A stretch of 64,000 nt of DNA from Vicinamibacteria bacterium (GCA_963668695.2 CAXXLQ010000001.1:32001-96000); one strand, 5' to 3'. Positions 11,215 through 21,326 are shown, counted from the stretch's first letter. The notes: generated by a model from the sequence alone, not told the origin. A program made the numbers and translations.

Positions 11215-11246
11215 ATATCTGATAAGATATGACATCATACATGATG
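11215..11246. promoter_or_regulatory. Putative TA operator: two inverted repeats overlapping the PIN gene start
   Basis: ATATCT-gata-AGATAT (11215-11230) and CATCAT-ac-ATGATG (11233-11246) in an AT-rich patch. Confidence 0.5.
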
Positions 11247-11666
11247 CGATATGTGCTTGACACCAACATCATCGTCGCCGGTCTGCGCAGTCCGAAAGGC
11301 GCGTCGGCGGCGTTGACGGATCGCGCCCTGAGTGGAGCGTTCGTGCTGCTGCTGTCCGTAGCGCTCGTGCTGGAATACGAGGCCGTGTGCCGCGATCCGG
11401 CGCAGAGGATCGTGTCCGGGCTGAGCGAGGTCGAGGTGGAAGCCATCGTGAAAGCGCTGTGCGCCGTTGCGGAGCCGGTTGAAACCGGGTACCTCTGGCG
11501 GCCGCAGCTACACGATCCTGCGGATGAGATGGTGCTGGACGCCGCCATCAACGGCGGGGCCGACGCGCTGGTCACTTTCAACCGTCAGGACTTCGGTCAG
11601 GCGCCCGGACGCTTTGGCACCGCCCTGCTCTCGCCGCAGGACGCCTTGAGGAGACTCCCGTCATGA
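11241..11666 (+). CDS. PIN-domain toxin (putative TA toxin, PIN_3-like)
   Basis: 'MRYVLDTNIIVAGLRS', 'LEYEAV', 'DPADEMVLDAAINGGADALVTFN'; ATGA overlap with the downstream antitoxin. Confidence 0.9.
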   Translation: MMRYVLDTNIIVAGLRSPKGASAALTDRALSGAFVLLLSVALVLEYEAVCRDPAQRIVSGLSEVEVEAIVKALCAVAEPVETGYLWRPQLHDPADEMVLDAAINGGADALVTFNRQDFGQAPGRFGTALLSPQDALRRLPS

Positions 11667-11914
11667 AGAAGCAACTCAGCACCTATCCCCTGCGCCTGCC
11701 GGCGTCGCTGAAGGCGGCCGTTGCCGAGGTGAGCCGGGCCGACGGCACGAGCATCAACCAGTTCGTGGCGACGGCGGTGGCGGAGAAGCTGTCCGTCATG
11801 AAGACCGCCGAGTTCTTCACCGACCGCGCGGCCGGAGCGGAGATCGAGGTCGCGCGCCGACTGCTGCGGCGCGACGGTGGGCAGCCTCCGGCGCCCGAGG
11901 ACCGTATTCCGTAG
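11663..11914 (+). CDS. RHH/HicB-like antitoxin
   Basis: 83 aa 'YPLRLPASLKAAVAEVSRADGTSINQFVATAVAEKLS'; translationally coupled to the PIN gene. Confidence 0.85.
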   Translation: MKKQLSTYPLRLPASLKAAVAEVSRADGTSINQFVATAVAEKLSVMKTAEFFTDRAAGAEIEVARRLLRRDGGQPPAPEDRIP

Positions 11915-12193
11915 GGGCAGTAGCGGTCCCGCTTCGGTTCGGCCGGTCCTGATCCAGCCGTTTCGCCAGGCAGGAGCTCGCTTACTTGAGCTGACTCTTG
12001 GGGTCAGCGACGAATCTGACGCCCGAGGACGCTGAGGGCAGCAGCAGCAGCCGTCTTGTGGTCCTTGCGCCACGGCGTTCCCGCCTCTCGGCCGAACCGG
12101 GCGATGAGCGAGGTGACCTCGGATACGTCGACCCCCATTGCCTCGGCCGCCAGTACCGCCGGGTCCGTCCGGCGCGGGTACCTCCGGACCTCC

Positions 12194-12245
12194 ATGCCGC
12201 GTTCGGATGCCGCGTTCGCATGCCGCGTTCGAATGCCGCGTTCGG
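12194..12245. repeat. 13-bp tandem repeat x4 (ATGCCGCGTTCGN)
   Basis: Four units, last base varying G/C/A/G, inside the interrupted gene. Confidence 0.9.
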
Positions 12246-12300
12246 CCGCCGCCTGGGCTAGGGACTCGCGGTACAGCATCCCGTCGGCGGCCAGGGTTAA

Positions 12301-12621
12301 CAGCCGGTGGTGAAACCCACGCGGCCCAGTTCTCCCGGTGGGGGCTCGGCCGGCGATCCATCCCGGCCAAACAGCCTGTGATGAAACCCACGCGGCCCAG
12401 TTCTCCCGGTGGGGCCTCGGCCGGCGATCCATCCCGGCTGACCGCGTCGCTTCGCGCCGCTCATCGTTGCGTTTCGGTCGAAATACACTCGGGCCAGTTC
12501 TCCCGGTGGGGGCTCCTCCCTCACGCGCCTTGTCAGCCGGACCCCCACCGGGAGAACTGGGCCTCGCCCCCACCGGGAGACTGGCCAGCCTCGGCGCTCA
12601 CGCGGGTTCCACCACAGGCTG
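12301..12621. mobile_element. MITE (non-autonomous TIR element) with TTAA target duplication
   Basis: TTAA|CAGCCGGTGGTGAAACCC ... GGGTTCCACCACAGGCTG|TTAA; no transposase; contains several GGCCCAGTTCTCCCGGTGGGG motifs. Confidence 0.88.
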
Positions 12622-13249
12622 TTAAAGGACGTGACCTCAGGACCTCCTCGAGCGAGTCGGGCAAGCTGTCATACGGACTCGCGGGCAGGATCAGCACCCG
12701 GGCCCGAAAGGTCGCGAGCATCGTCGAGATCGCCGCGCTCGCGTGTTCCGCTACCGATCGCCTCACCCGGTTCACGAGGTCGGTTGCCGCTCGGATGTCC
12801 AGCTCCAAGGCCTCGTGGTGGTAGGGCGCGCTCGGGAGACCCTTCGGGAGGCCCTTGTCGATCAGCTCGACGCGCCGGCGATCGAGGAAGACGGGAGCGG
12901 AGTCTGCTACCGCGAGGGTGACCAGCTCGGCCCGCGCGTAGTGGTCGGAGGCCCCGATGACGGGTTCGGCGACACTCACTGCTGACGACTGTAGCGGGGG
13001 CGGGTGGCAGGCGCTCCCTTGCTCGACAGCGCCTGCCGGAGGCGGGCGGGAGCCCGGGCGGGAGCTTGGTCCGGAACCCTCCGGAACGCGTTCGAAGCTA
13101 CCTAATTTTTCCGGTAATCTGTAGGGCGGTTTCCGAATTCCAAGTCGCCGGTCTGCGCAGTCCGAAAGGAACACCGGCACGGCAACCAGGGCCCAAGGAA
13201 CCAGGCGGCATGACCAACAACCCGAACCTTAACTCAATTGAAAGGAAGA

Positions 13250-15664
13250 ATGACAATGAGAATCACAACAGGAATAACACTAGCGCTGTTGATGTCCACA
13301 GCAGGGTGCGGGGGTGACGGCGAGGACGGTGGGGTCCTGTCTCCAACAGGACCCTCAGCAGTGAGTTCGCCAGCGACACGCATGTCGTCGAGCCCAATGG
13401 GGACGACGAACGCACAGGCGCACGGCGGGTTGGCAACCGCCCAACTCAACAACATGAAGTCAGCAAAGCCAGACACCCGGACGGTCGACTTCTCTAGTGT
13501 GAAGTGGGCGTGGAACGCCGCGAGAACACACCTGGAACCGGACAGCTTCCCGGACGCCAGGGTGCGGTCAGGATCCAATGTCTGGCGCCGGGACAGTGGC
13601 ACGGGGCTCATCCGCATCTTGAGCGACACTGACCTCAGTGGGATGAGCTTCAGCACCTCAGGGTCAAGCTGGCCTCTGAGCATGAGGCGGGCCGGGCTGT
13701 ATGTGTCTGATATCAGCGGCGACGACGTTGAGAGGATCCGAGCCGGCGGTGGCATCGGGGGCAGGGCCGACGAGCCCACAGCTATAAACTGCTGGGCCTC
13801 GGAGGCCGGTAAAGAGGTCACAGTCGACGCAGTCGGCGCCAGCATCGAGACGCCCGTCGAGGTCACGTGCAACAGGAGCATAGACCTACCCGACGACGAG
13901 GCCGTCGTAAAAACCGCCGCGGTGCCTTCGGCTAGCCCCGATTGGATCGATCTCATTCATAACCGATACGCCCTGAGGGTTCCTGCCGGACGTTCGGTTT
14001 ATGTCGATGTGATTCTTTACCCCGATGATAACGGAACGTCCGCGCGGGTCGGGAATGTGGTCTGGCCGCCGGTACCGCCGGGTGAGATGGCGTCCTTGAG
14101 CGCGCTCGTGGTACATCAACCTGGCAGAACCGTCGGTTCTGCCAATCCACCCATCATTCTGATCTGCCTCGAACCGAGTTCGTCTTTGCCGAAACGTCCA
14201 GGCCCGTGCCCTGACCGCGTAGAGGTTGGCAGTACCGTGAGCCTCAGAGCCATCGTGCTTCCGCTGCCCTCCGGCTATGTTACGGCAGAAGTGAATGGCA
14301 GCCTAAACGGCAAGATCGAATGTAGTGTCGGTAGGACAGCGAGAACCTGCGGTTGGCGTATATCGCAGCTGTCTGGATCTGGTACTCCAGGACGCTTCGT
14401 GAACGGCGATAGTGAGATCCTCACGTGGAAGGCTCCGTCTTCTCCAGGCAGCGTGACGATCGGGGCCAGATATCAGATCTATGTGCAGGGGGTTGGCGGT
14501 TTCTTCCCGATACCAGAACATTGGAGCGACAATAAGGGAGACGCCGCTGGTTCAAACACACTCACCTTCGACGTGATCGAACCCACTCCCCCACCGGACC
14601 TGCGTCCGCATCTTTCGTGCGACAACGGGGAGCCGCTCCCCACGGACAGCTCGCCCCGTCCGAACGACCCCCCCCGGATGGGATCTTGTGATTCGATTGA
14701 CGGCGCGGACGTCGAGGTCACCTTGACGGTCACAAGACCTAACGGGACCACGGTTTCCTCACTGCTCTACACTGTCGAGTGGGATGTGAGGGGTGGAGAG
14801 CACGCCATCAGCTCCTCACATCCAACCTCTACCACAAGCAGAGCGAACCATCTTCTGACCTGGTCGAGCACGGGACTCACGACTGGTGATCAAGGAGTCG
14901 TGACCGCCGCTGCGCGACCCAATGGCTACGACTACGCCTTCAACTCCACCCAGGTCACCATCATCGTGAAGGAGAGGGATCTGCCGCCGGTGGTGAGCGA
15001 GATCGCCTGCACTCCCAGGGTGACACCGCAGGGAGACAACCCCGCCGTCTGCACAGCAACGCTCGACGCTCCGGGCGGACAGGGGCACCTTGTCGATCTC
15101 AGTATCGACGCATCCGATCCCAACGATGATCCGCTGACGTACATCTGGAGGGCAGCCAACGGTAGCTTCAACGGCGGTGTACGCACTAACCAGACTACCT
15201 GGGACGCCGCTGGGCTCTCGCCGGGCCAGTACACCGTGACCGTGACTGTCGCTGAACGCATCACCGGTGGTCAGGAGCGGACCGTGAACGTGAATGTGGC
15301 GAGATACGCACCTCCTATCGCCTATGTCTGCACCCCCGACAGTGGGTGGGAGAACGGGACGCTGTTCCCGATGATCGGGGATCCGTACTGCGGTCAGTTC
15401 CACGACACCCATATCAGCAACTTCCGATGGTTCACGACGGAAGTCGGCGCACGTGGCGCTTCGGAGGTGACCTTGGTGGGAGGCGGGAACAGCATTTGCG
15501 GCGTGGCAGCGGGTGTGTGCAAGGAGAGAGAGGATCCGTGGAATTCGAGCTACGATCCAGACGATCCCAAGTACGACCCCAACGACGAGGCCTACAGCCC
15601 GAACTACGACGACGGGAACGGCAACGTCTACCAGTGGGTCAACGTATACCCGATAAATCCATAG
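13250..15664 (+). CDS. Large secreted lipoprotein with Ig-like/PKD-like domains
   Basis: AGGAAG RBS then ATG 13250; lipobox 'LLMSTAG|C'; 'IDASDPNDDPLTYIW...PGQYTVTVTV' PKD/Ig-like signature; many Cys; acidic C-terminal tail; lower GC than the flanks. Confidence 0.75.
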   Translation: MTMRITTGITLALLMSTAGCGGDGEDGGVLSPTGPSAVSSPATRMSSSPMGTTNAQAHGGLATAQLNNMKSAKPDTRTVDFSSVKWAWNAARTHLEPDSFPDARVRSGSNVWRRDSGTGLIRILSDTDLSGMSFSTSGSSWPLSMRRAGLYVSDISGDDVERIRAGGGIGGRADEPTAINCWASEAGKEVTVDAVGASIETPVEVTCNRSIDLPDDEAVVKTAAVPSASPDWIDLIHNRYALRVPAGRSVYVDVILYPDDNGTSARVGNVVWPPVPPGEMASLSALVVHQPGRTVGSANPPIILICLEPSSSLPKRPGPCPDRVEVGSTVSLRAIVLPLPSGYVTAEVNGSLNGKIECSVGRTARTCGWRISQLSGSGTPGRFVNGDSEILTWKAPSSPGSVTIGARYQIYVQGVGGFFPIPEHWSDNKGDAAGSNTLTFDVIEPTPPPDLRPHLSCDNGEPLPTDSSPRPNDPPRMGSCDSIDGADVEVTLTVTRPNGTTVSSLLYTVEWDVRGGEHAISSSHPTSTTSRANHLLTWSSTGLTTGDQGVVTAAARPNGYDYAFNSTQVTIIVKERDLPPVVSEIACTPRVTPQGDNPAVCTATLDAPGGQGHLVDLSIDASDPNDDPLTYIWRAANGSFNGGVRTNQTTWDAAGLSPGQYTVTVTVAERITGGQERTVNVNVARYAPPIAYVCTPDSGWENGTLFPMIGDPYCGQFHDTHISNFRWFTTEVGARGASEVTLVGGGNSICGVAAGVCKEREDPWNSSYDPDDPKYDPNDEAYSPNYDDGNGNVYQWVNVYPINP

Positions 15665-15844
15665 TAGAACCCTCGGCCGCCGGTAGCATTGTGCTCCCGG
15701 CGGCCATTCACGCGCCAACTGCATCGCGTGTCTGGTCGCGACCGAAACCAACATCCCGATTCATGTCGACAACACGCCGCGCGGTTCTCGATGCCGTCAC
15801 TGCGACCCGGCACCTTCGTGCTGCTCGGCCGTCGTTCCCCGGGG

Positions 15845-17184
15845 TTACAGGACCGTCACTGGTTCCGTCGCCGGCGCCGCACGGACCGTGTTCTCCCCGC
15901 TCAGTTGCCACACCCGGCGCGCCCGCGCCGCCAGATCGTCGAGCAGGGTGTAGAAGAACGGGAGGATCACCAGGGTGAGGACGGTGGAGGCGGCGAGTCC
16001 GCCGATCACCGCCCGCGCCAGCGGGAAGTAGTAGAGACCGTCGAGCCCGGTCCGTCCGACCGCCATCGGGAAGAGGGCGAGCATGGTGGCGCCGGCGGTC
16101 ATCAGGATCGGCCGCAGCCGGTCGCGTCCGCCGACGAGCAGCGCCTCGCTGCGGTCCATGCCTTCGCGGCGCAGCTTGTTCACGTGGTCGATCAGCACGA
16201 TCCCGTTCTTGACCACGATCCCCATCAGGATGAGCATCCCGATCTGAGCCATGAGGTTGAAGGGGCTGTCCGTGAAGAGCAGCGTCCAGCTCGCGCCCCA
16301 GAGCGCGTACGGGATCGAAATCAGGATCGCGAGGGGGTGGATCAGCGATTCGAACTGGGCGGCCATCACGATGTAGATCAGGAGCAGCGCGAGCAGGTAG
16401 TTCACCGCCATGGTCTGGAGATCGGTGTCCTGCCGGGTGATCCGGTCCCCGAAGGACCACGAATAGCCCGCGGGGAGGGCCATGGCGTCCAGTTCCTCCT
16501 CGATCGCGGCGCGGGCGTCGTCCCACTCCTCGCCCTCGTAGGCGGCGCGGAGCGTCGCCACCGCCTTCCGGTCCACCCGCCGGATCGCCCGGCTGCGTTC
16601 CACGATCTCGAAGTCGGCCAGATCGCCGAGCAGGATCGGGACGCCGCCGTCGGACATCAGCGTGAAGTTTTCAAGGTCCTCCACCCGGGAGACGTCCTTT
16701 TGGGACATCGTGAGGAGCACCTCGGCCTCCCGGTCCTCGGTCTGGAAACGCCGGAGCGGCCGCCCCCCGAGCGTGAAGCCGAAGATCTCGGCGAGGTCCT
16801 GCGGGGTGATGCCGAGGCGGGCGGCCTCCTCGACCCGCGGCCGCACCACGACTTCCTTCCGGGGAGTGTCCTCGGTGCTCCGGATATCGGCGACGCCCCC
16901 GACGCCCGCTATCCGCGTCTCGGCGCGCTTCGCGAACTCAGCGAGCCTTTCGGAGTCCTCCCCGTAGAACCGGCCTCCTCGATGGGGCGCGTGACCAGCG
17001 TTTCGACCTCGATGGGCGCCGCGCCCGCCATTCGGGTCTCGACCGTCAGGGTGGGATAGGAGATCTCCGGCAGCAGATTGACCGGCAGCCGGCCGAGGGC
17101 CACGAACCCGAACACGCAGGTGGCCACGGTGAACATGGCGACGGTCACCGGCCGCCGGATGCAGGAAGTGATCAGGGATTTCAC
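15845..17184 (-). pseudogene. Out-of-frame fusion of the two RND permease genes (~5.0 kb deletion)
   Basis: The 5' ~70 codons of 6077-9232 are joined at 16973 to the 3' third of 2849-6022, giving a 91-aa frameshifted ORF and an orphan 334-aa C-terminal ORF. Confidence 0.9.
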
Positions 17185-18191
17185 GGGGCTGATTTCACGG
17201 GGTTGGCAGTCCGGAATCCGTCCGGTGAATCAGTTGCCGTTCAGGATTTGGACCAAGTCGCCCGGGGTCAGCGCGCCGTGGCCGGCAACCACCACGCGCG
17301 CTCCCGCCTCGAGCCCGTCCAGCAGTTCGATGAGCGCCCCCTCGGGGCTCTCCATCTCGATCCCTACGGTCACTTCGCGCCGCACCGCGCGGCCGTCCTC
17401 GACCACGAAGACGTGGGCGCCGCCCTCGCTCTGGATGATCGCCCGCTTCGGAACCAGCACTGCGTTCTCACGCCGGCCGGTCTCGATGACCACGCGGGCG
17501 AAGGAGCCGGGACGGATGACCGCCCCCGCCGGGCGCGGAAGCGCGACGGTCACCTTCACGGTGCCGGTGTTGCGGTCCACCACCGGGCTGACCTCCCGGA
17601 CCCGTCCCACCAGGCCGCTCCCGCTCGCGTCCGACTCCCGCCGGACCACCGCCGGCAGACCCGGCGCCAGACCGATCACGTCCCGCTCCGGGACATAGAG
17701 CCGCGCCACCAGAGTGTCGAAGTCGGCCAGCGTCAGCAGGTGCTGCGCGGGCTCGAGCCGGCCGCCCTCGACCAGCAGGAGCTCGGTGACCTTGCCCGCG
17801 AAGGGAGCGCGGATCTCGGTCCGTTCCAGCTCCAGCCGAGCGGTTTCCAGTTCCGAGGCGGCGAGGTCGCGATCGAAGCGCGCCTTCTCGTAGTCCCACT
17901 CGGAGACCAGGTCCTGTTCGAACGCCCGCTTCTGCCTCGAGAGTTCCGCATCGGCCCGCGAGAGCCGGAGATCGGCCTGCTGGAACGCGAGCCGGCGCTC
18001 GCGGGCGTCCACCCGGGCCAGCACGTCACCGGCGGCGACCGAATCGCCCTCGCGGACCCGGATCTCGGTGAGGACTCCGGAGGTCTCGGAGAACACCTGC
18101 GCGGTGCGTTCGGCCTCGACCGCCGAGGTGGTGGCGAGATGGAGGGTCACCGGGCCGAGCCGGGCTTCGGCGACGCTCACCGGCGTCCGGG
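15893..18191. repeat. Direct duplication of RND operon segments 2948-4028 and 9021-10239
   Basis: The core is identical to copy 1 by eye; synonymous differences occur only near both ends; junction at 16973. Confidence 0.93.
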
Positions 18192-18333
18192 CCGCTTCTT
18201 CAGCGGCGGTATCGATCTCGCGGGCCTCGCTGACCTCGGTCAGGGACGGGAGGACGAAGGCACCCAGCCCGGCTATTCCAAGGACGGTGGCGCCGACCAG
18301 CCAAATCAGGGACTTGCGCTTCATGTCCCTCAC
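17230..18333 (-). CDS. RND efflux periplasmic adaptor (MFP), copy 2
   Basis: Identical protein to 9278-10372 from 'RTPVSV' onward, with a different but homologous N-terminal anchor. Confidence 0.9.
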   Translation of the reverse strand: MRDMKRKSLIWLVGATVLGIAGLGAFVLPSLTEVSEAREIDTAAEEAARTPVSVAEARLGPVTLHLATTSAVEAERTAQVFSETSGVLTEIRVREGDSVAAGDVLARVDARERRLAFQQADLRLSRADAELSRQKRAFEQDLVSEWDYEKARFDRDLAASELETARLELERTEIRAPFAGKVTELLLVEGGRLEPAQHLLTLADFDTLVARLYVPERDVIGLAPGLPAVVRRESDASGSGLVGRVREVSPVVDRNTGTVKVTVALPRPAGAVIRPGSFARVVIETGRRENAVLVPKRAIIQSEGGAHVFVVEDGRAVRREVTVGIEMESPEGALIELLDGLEAGARVVVAGHGALTPGDLVQILNGN

Positions 18334-18397
18334 TAACGGATATTGCGGCTCCGAGGTTCCGGCTTACTGCGACAATGTCGGGCGCCCGTTCGGACAT

Positions 18398-18469
18398 GCG
18401 CGGTTAGCTCAGTGGGAGAGCGCCTGCCTTACACGCAGGTGGTCGCAGGTTCAAATCCTGCACCGCGCA
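18398..18469 (+). tRNA. tRNA-Val(TAC), copy 2, CCA not encoded
   Basis: Same cloverleaf as copy 1 with one D-loop change (AGTGGGA vs AGCGGGA); ends ...GCGCA-CT. Confidence 0.95.
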
Positions 18470-18592
18470 CTGAGCGGTCCGGAAAGGGGGCGCGTAGATC
18501 GGTTTCTCGTAGCGAGGTGAAGAGAGACTCGATCGGAGCGCCCCCTTTCCGGACCGCCCGGCGCTTCGCGCCGGTCCGCTGTGACAGCATCC

Positions 18593-18605
18593 TAAACCGT
18601 TGATT
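18593..18605 (-). promoter_or_regulatory. IHF-type binding site
   Basis: Minus strand AATCAACGGTTTA matches WATCAANNNNTTR exactly, in an AT-rich patch ~125 bp from the tRNA. Confidence 0.5.
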
Positions 18606-18899
18606 TATCTTGCGATTACAAGTTATCTCGAAAACCGAATATCACGTCTGGCATCACAGCCGCGATGGGCGGGCGCGTCTGGGTCGAAGGGAGTAGCCGC
18701 AGGAACGCAGATCACCTTCGAAAGGCTGCCCGACAGGGCCGCGAAGGCGCTTCTGGCCGACTGGGAACACCCGAAGGGCTTCCAACGCGAACCCCGGGTC
18801 GGCGTCTTCCAGAGACAGAAGACGAAGTGGACCAATCGGCCAAGGCGGGACGGAAACGAGGGACTACTTTGGATCCGCCGTGTGAGTTGAAACCGACCC

Positions 18900-19700
18900 T
18901 TAACCCACTGCTGATCGGGGTACCCAGATCGCGTCGTTGGGCAGTTGCCCAAGCGCCTCACGCTCATCTCTAGCAAGACTCGCGACCCACGCGCTCAGGA
19001 AGGCATCCAGTTTGTCATGGCTGGAGCCGTAACCCTGTTTCTGGAGACGGTGCTTTAGATCATCGGTGGATTCCCACCCTGTCAACCGACACACGGCATT
19101 CAATCGACTCTGGAAGCCAGCTGCCGAAGATTTCTTGGGCTTAGCTGCTTTGAGCCGAACAGAAATGGCATGTGGATGCGTCTCAAGAAACTCGGTCTCA
19201 GCGAAGGCAGCCGTCAGTGCTCGCCAGATCTGAAATCCCGCGAGCATCCAGAGTCGGTTCGCACTAGGCAGATAGCTCGTTTCTCCTCCTTTACACAGAT
19301 GCTCCCTGGCTCTCCGTCGGATCTCTTTGAACTCAGTGCGAGAGGGCGTAACGAAGAAAGCAATGCCGTGCTTACGTAGTTCTTCCTCCGACTCCCTCAG
19401 CCCGCGATCCTCCGACCGATAATCCCGCGGTGCATCAATCGCGATTCGAACGATTTCAAGCTTCCGGCACTGCGCAACCTCCGCAAGGAATTCTGCCGTC
19501 TGCTTGGCAAATTGGGCCGTTTCTTTCTCCCACAGGATCGCGGCGTTACCAGGGCCGAGTGGTGATTTCAGGTCTCGAAGCTCTAGCGGAACTAGGCGGT
19601 TGTGCTCACGAACGCATGCCGACACCGGTACGCGTTTGTTCCGGGATACCGACACATCAATCCCAACATACGCCTCCCGGACGGACGATCCAATGTGCAA
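18900..19700 (-). CDS. DUF429-like predicted RNase H-fold nuclease
   Basis: 'YVGID', 'IAIDAP', 'LETHPH', 'HDKLDAFLSAW' motifs; start uncertain (TTG 19700; ORF open to 19865). Confidence 0.7.
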   Translation of the reverse strand: MHIGSSVREAYVGIDVSVSRNKRVPVSACVREHNRLVPLELRDLKSPLGPGNAAILWEKETAQFAKQTAEFLAEVAQCRKLEIVRIAIDAPRDYRSEDRGLRESEEELRKHGIAFFVTPSRTEFKEIRRRAREHLCKGGETSYLPSANRLWMLAGFQIWRALTAAFAETEFLETHPHAISVRLKAAKPKKSSAAGFQSRLNAVCRLTGWESTDDLKHRLQKQGYGSSHDKLDAFLSAWVASLARDEREALGQLPNDAIWVPRSAVG

Positions 19701-19884
19701 AGAACGCGCACGAAACGGCACACCGGGAGTATGGAATGGGTCGAACGGTCTGTCCACCACCGGCTGGTCCGCCCGCGTGACGCGGCAGGCGACCACAACG
19801 GTGCTGGTGTCCCGCGCGGCAATGAAGGGGCTGCCGGCAGGACCGAACCGGCGAACGCGGTACACTCGATTGCATCAGCAACCG

Positions 19885-21030
19885 GTGACCGCATGGGCTC
19901 GCACCGCCGCCGTCCTTCTGCTAGCGGGCTGCGGCACAGGGACAGACGGCGCGCCCGTCACACCTCCAGCTACGCCCACTGCTCCCTCCCCCGAGCCCGT
20001 CGCACCACCGGCGCCTGTCCTCCAAGCCTGGGTGTCGGTCTACTCGGTCCCAAGCCCCTATTCAGGCAACTACACCGAGGGCATGTGGATTCGGCTGATT
20101 GCGGAGTTCGAGGAACCGGTCAGGGTGAACGGCTCGCCCCGGCTGGCAATCAAGATCGGGGAGGCGATTCGCCATGCCGACTTCTCACCGTACGAACTGG
20201 GACATCGCTACTCCACTCCCGAACACCGTGTTCGGGGAGACTACCTGCCACGGTTCGATTATCTAGTTCGTGCGGATGACATTGACAACGACGGGTTCAG
20301 CATCGGGGTGGACGCCTTTGACTTCACCGGAGGGGCTCTTCTGAACGAGGCAGGCGTGGAGGTCGAGGTCGAGATCTACTCCGTCACACCCACCGAATCC
20401 GATGATGGGTTTGCCGAGCCTGGGTTGGATCTCGGTTCTCACCCGGTGGACGGGATGCCACGCCTGAGGAGATGCACGGACGAACTGGAACGCGCCCGAG
20501 GTGGCCAAGCCATTTTGATCGAAGAGTGGGACGGTACCCCGTTCCTCTTCTATTTCAGCCTTGTGGGGCTGCCCGAGGCTGAGCGGGCGGATGCAGAGCG
20601 TGTATTGGAAGCGGCGGAACGGCTATCGGACCGGATCAAAGACCAGATCGGCTATTCGATCCTTGAAGTCGGAGGCTGGTCCACCGATCCGTTGGTTGAC
20701 TTCAATAGCGACTGTGACTGGCGCCAGCCGAGAAAGATCTTCGCGATGGTGGTGCCTGGCCCGGAGGGACCAGCGCGTGCGAAGCGAAGATGTGGCATTT
20801 GGGCGAGCGAGGGCACTGACTTGGATTTCGGCGCGGGAACCGTCTCGCACGAACTCTTCCACCTTTTCGGTTTCGAGCATCACCCAGAAAACTGGCGATC
20901 CCCGGGGCAATACGACTCTGGCGTGTTCATGTCCAACCGTCTCAGTGGCGTGTACGTGGACGAGGAGGATGTTGGCGTCAGCTTTGAGGACGTGGATGCG
21001 CTACGGTGCATCTTTCCCAAGGCGGGATAA
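19885..21030 (+). CDS. Lipoprotein with C-terminal metzincin-type zinc metallopeptidase motif
   Basis: GTG 19885 'MTAWARTAAVLLLAG|C' lipobox, Pro-rich linker, HELFHLFGFEH (HExxHxxGxxH) and downstream 'VFMS' Met-turn candidate. Confidence 0.75.
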   Translation: MTAWARTAAVLLLAGCGTGTDGAPVTPPATPTAPSPEPVAPPAPVLQAWVSVYSVPSPYSGNYTEGMWIRLIAEFEEPVRVNGSPRLAIKIGEAIRHADFSPYELGHRYSTPEHRVRGDYLPRFDYLVRADDIDNDGFSIGVDAFDFTGGALLNEAGVEVEVEIYSVTPTESDDGFAEPGLDLGSHPVDGMPRLRRCTDELERARGGQAILIEEWDGTPFLFYFSLVGLPEAERADAERVLEAAERLSDRIKDQIGYSILEVGGWSTDPLVDFNSDCDWRQPRKIFAMVVPGPEGPARAKRRCGIWASEGTDLDFGAGTVSHELFHLFGFEHHPENWRSPGQYDSGVFMSNRLSGVYVDEEDVGVSFEDVDALRCIFPKAG

Positions 21031-21326
21031 GGAATAGCCCGTCTCTCCCGAGGGCCTGAGGGCACTCGGGCGGTTTCAGGGCGCGGCCGATTTCATAGTG
21101 CCGCACCCGCCATCGTGGAGTCCGGCCAGGACGGGTTCGAGTCCGGAGAGTGGTCGTTCGCGGTGCTACCGGATTCCGCTTTGCCGGAGAACCGCCGACG
21201 GATCTGGTTCACGGCCCGCCCTGTCAATTGGACGACCGAACCTGTCCGCTCCCAGAGGCGCACTCCACACAGTGTGAAGTCGCACTGGTCATCTTTGACC
21301 AGGTGACCTCACCGCCGGCTGGCGGT

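Larger units (their letters stand above)
12004..12979 (-). pseudogene. Hypothetical protein interrupted by a MITE
   Basis: Removing 12301-12621 plus one TTAA joins the frames: ...SLEEVLRSRPLT|LAADGMLYRESLAQAA... GTG start at 12979, stop at 12004. Confidence 0.75.

Noticed and set aside
10532-18469. Two tRNA-Val copies as attL/attR of a simple integrated element
   Set aside because: Both are full-length with homologous promoters and upstream MFP genes, so the duplication is far larger than an att core. No tRNA 3' fragment was found near the integrase.
18600-18890. 96-aa ORF after tRNA copy 2
   Set aside because: TTG start inside the AT-rich IHF-like patch, no RBS or recognisable motif; cannot be supported.
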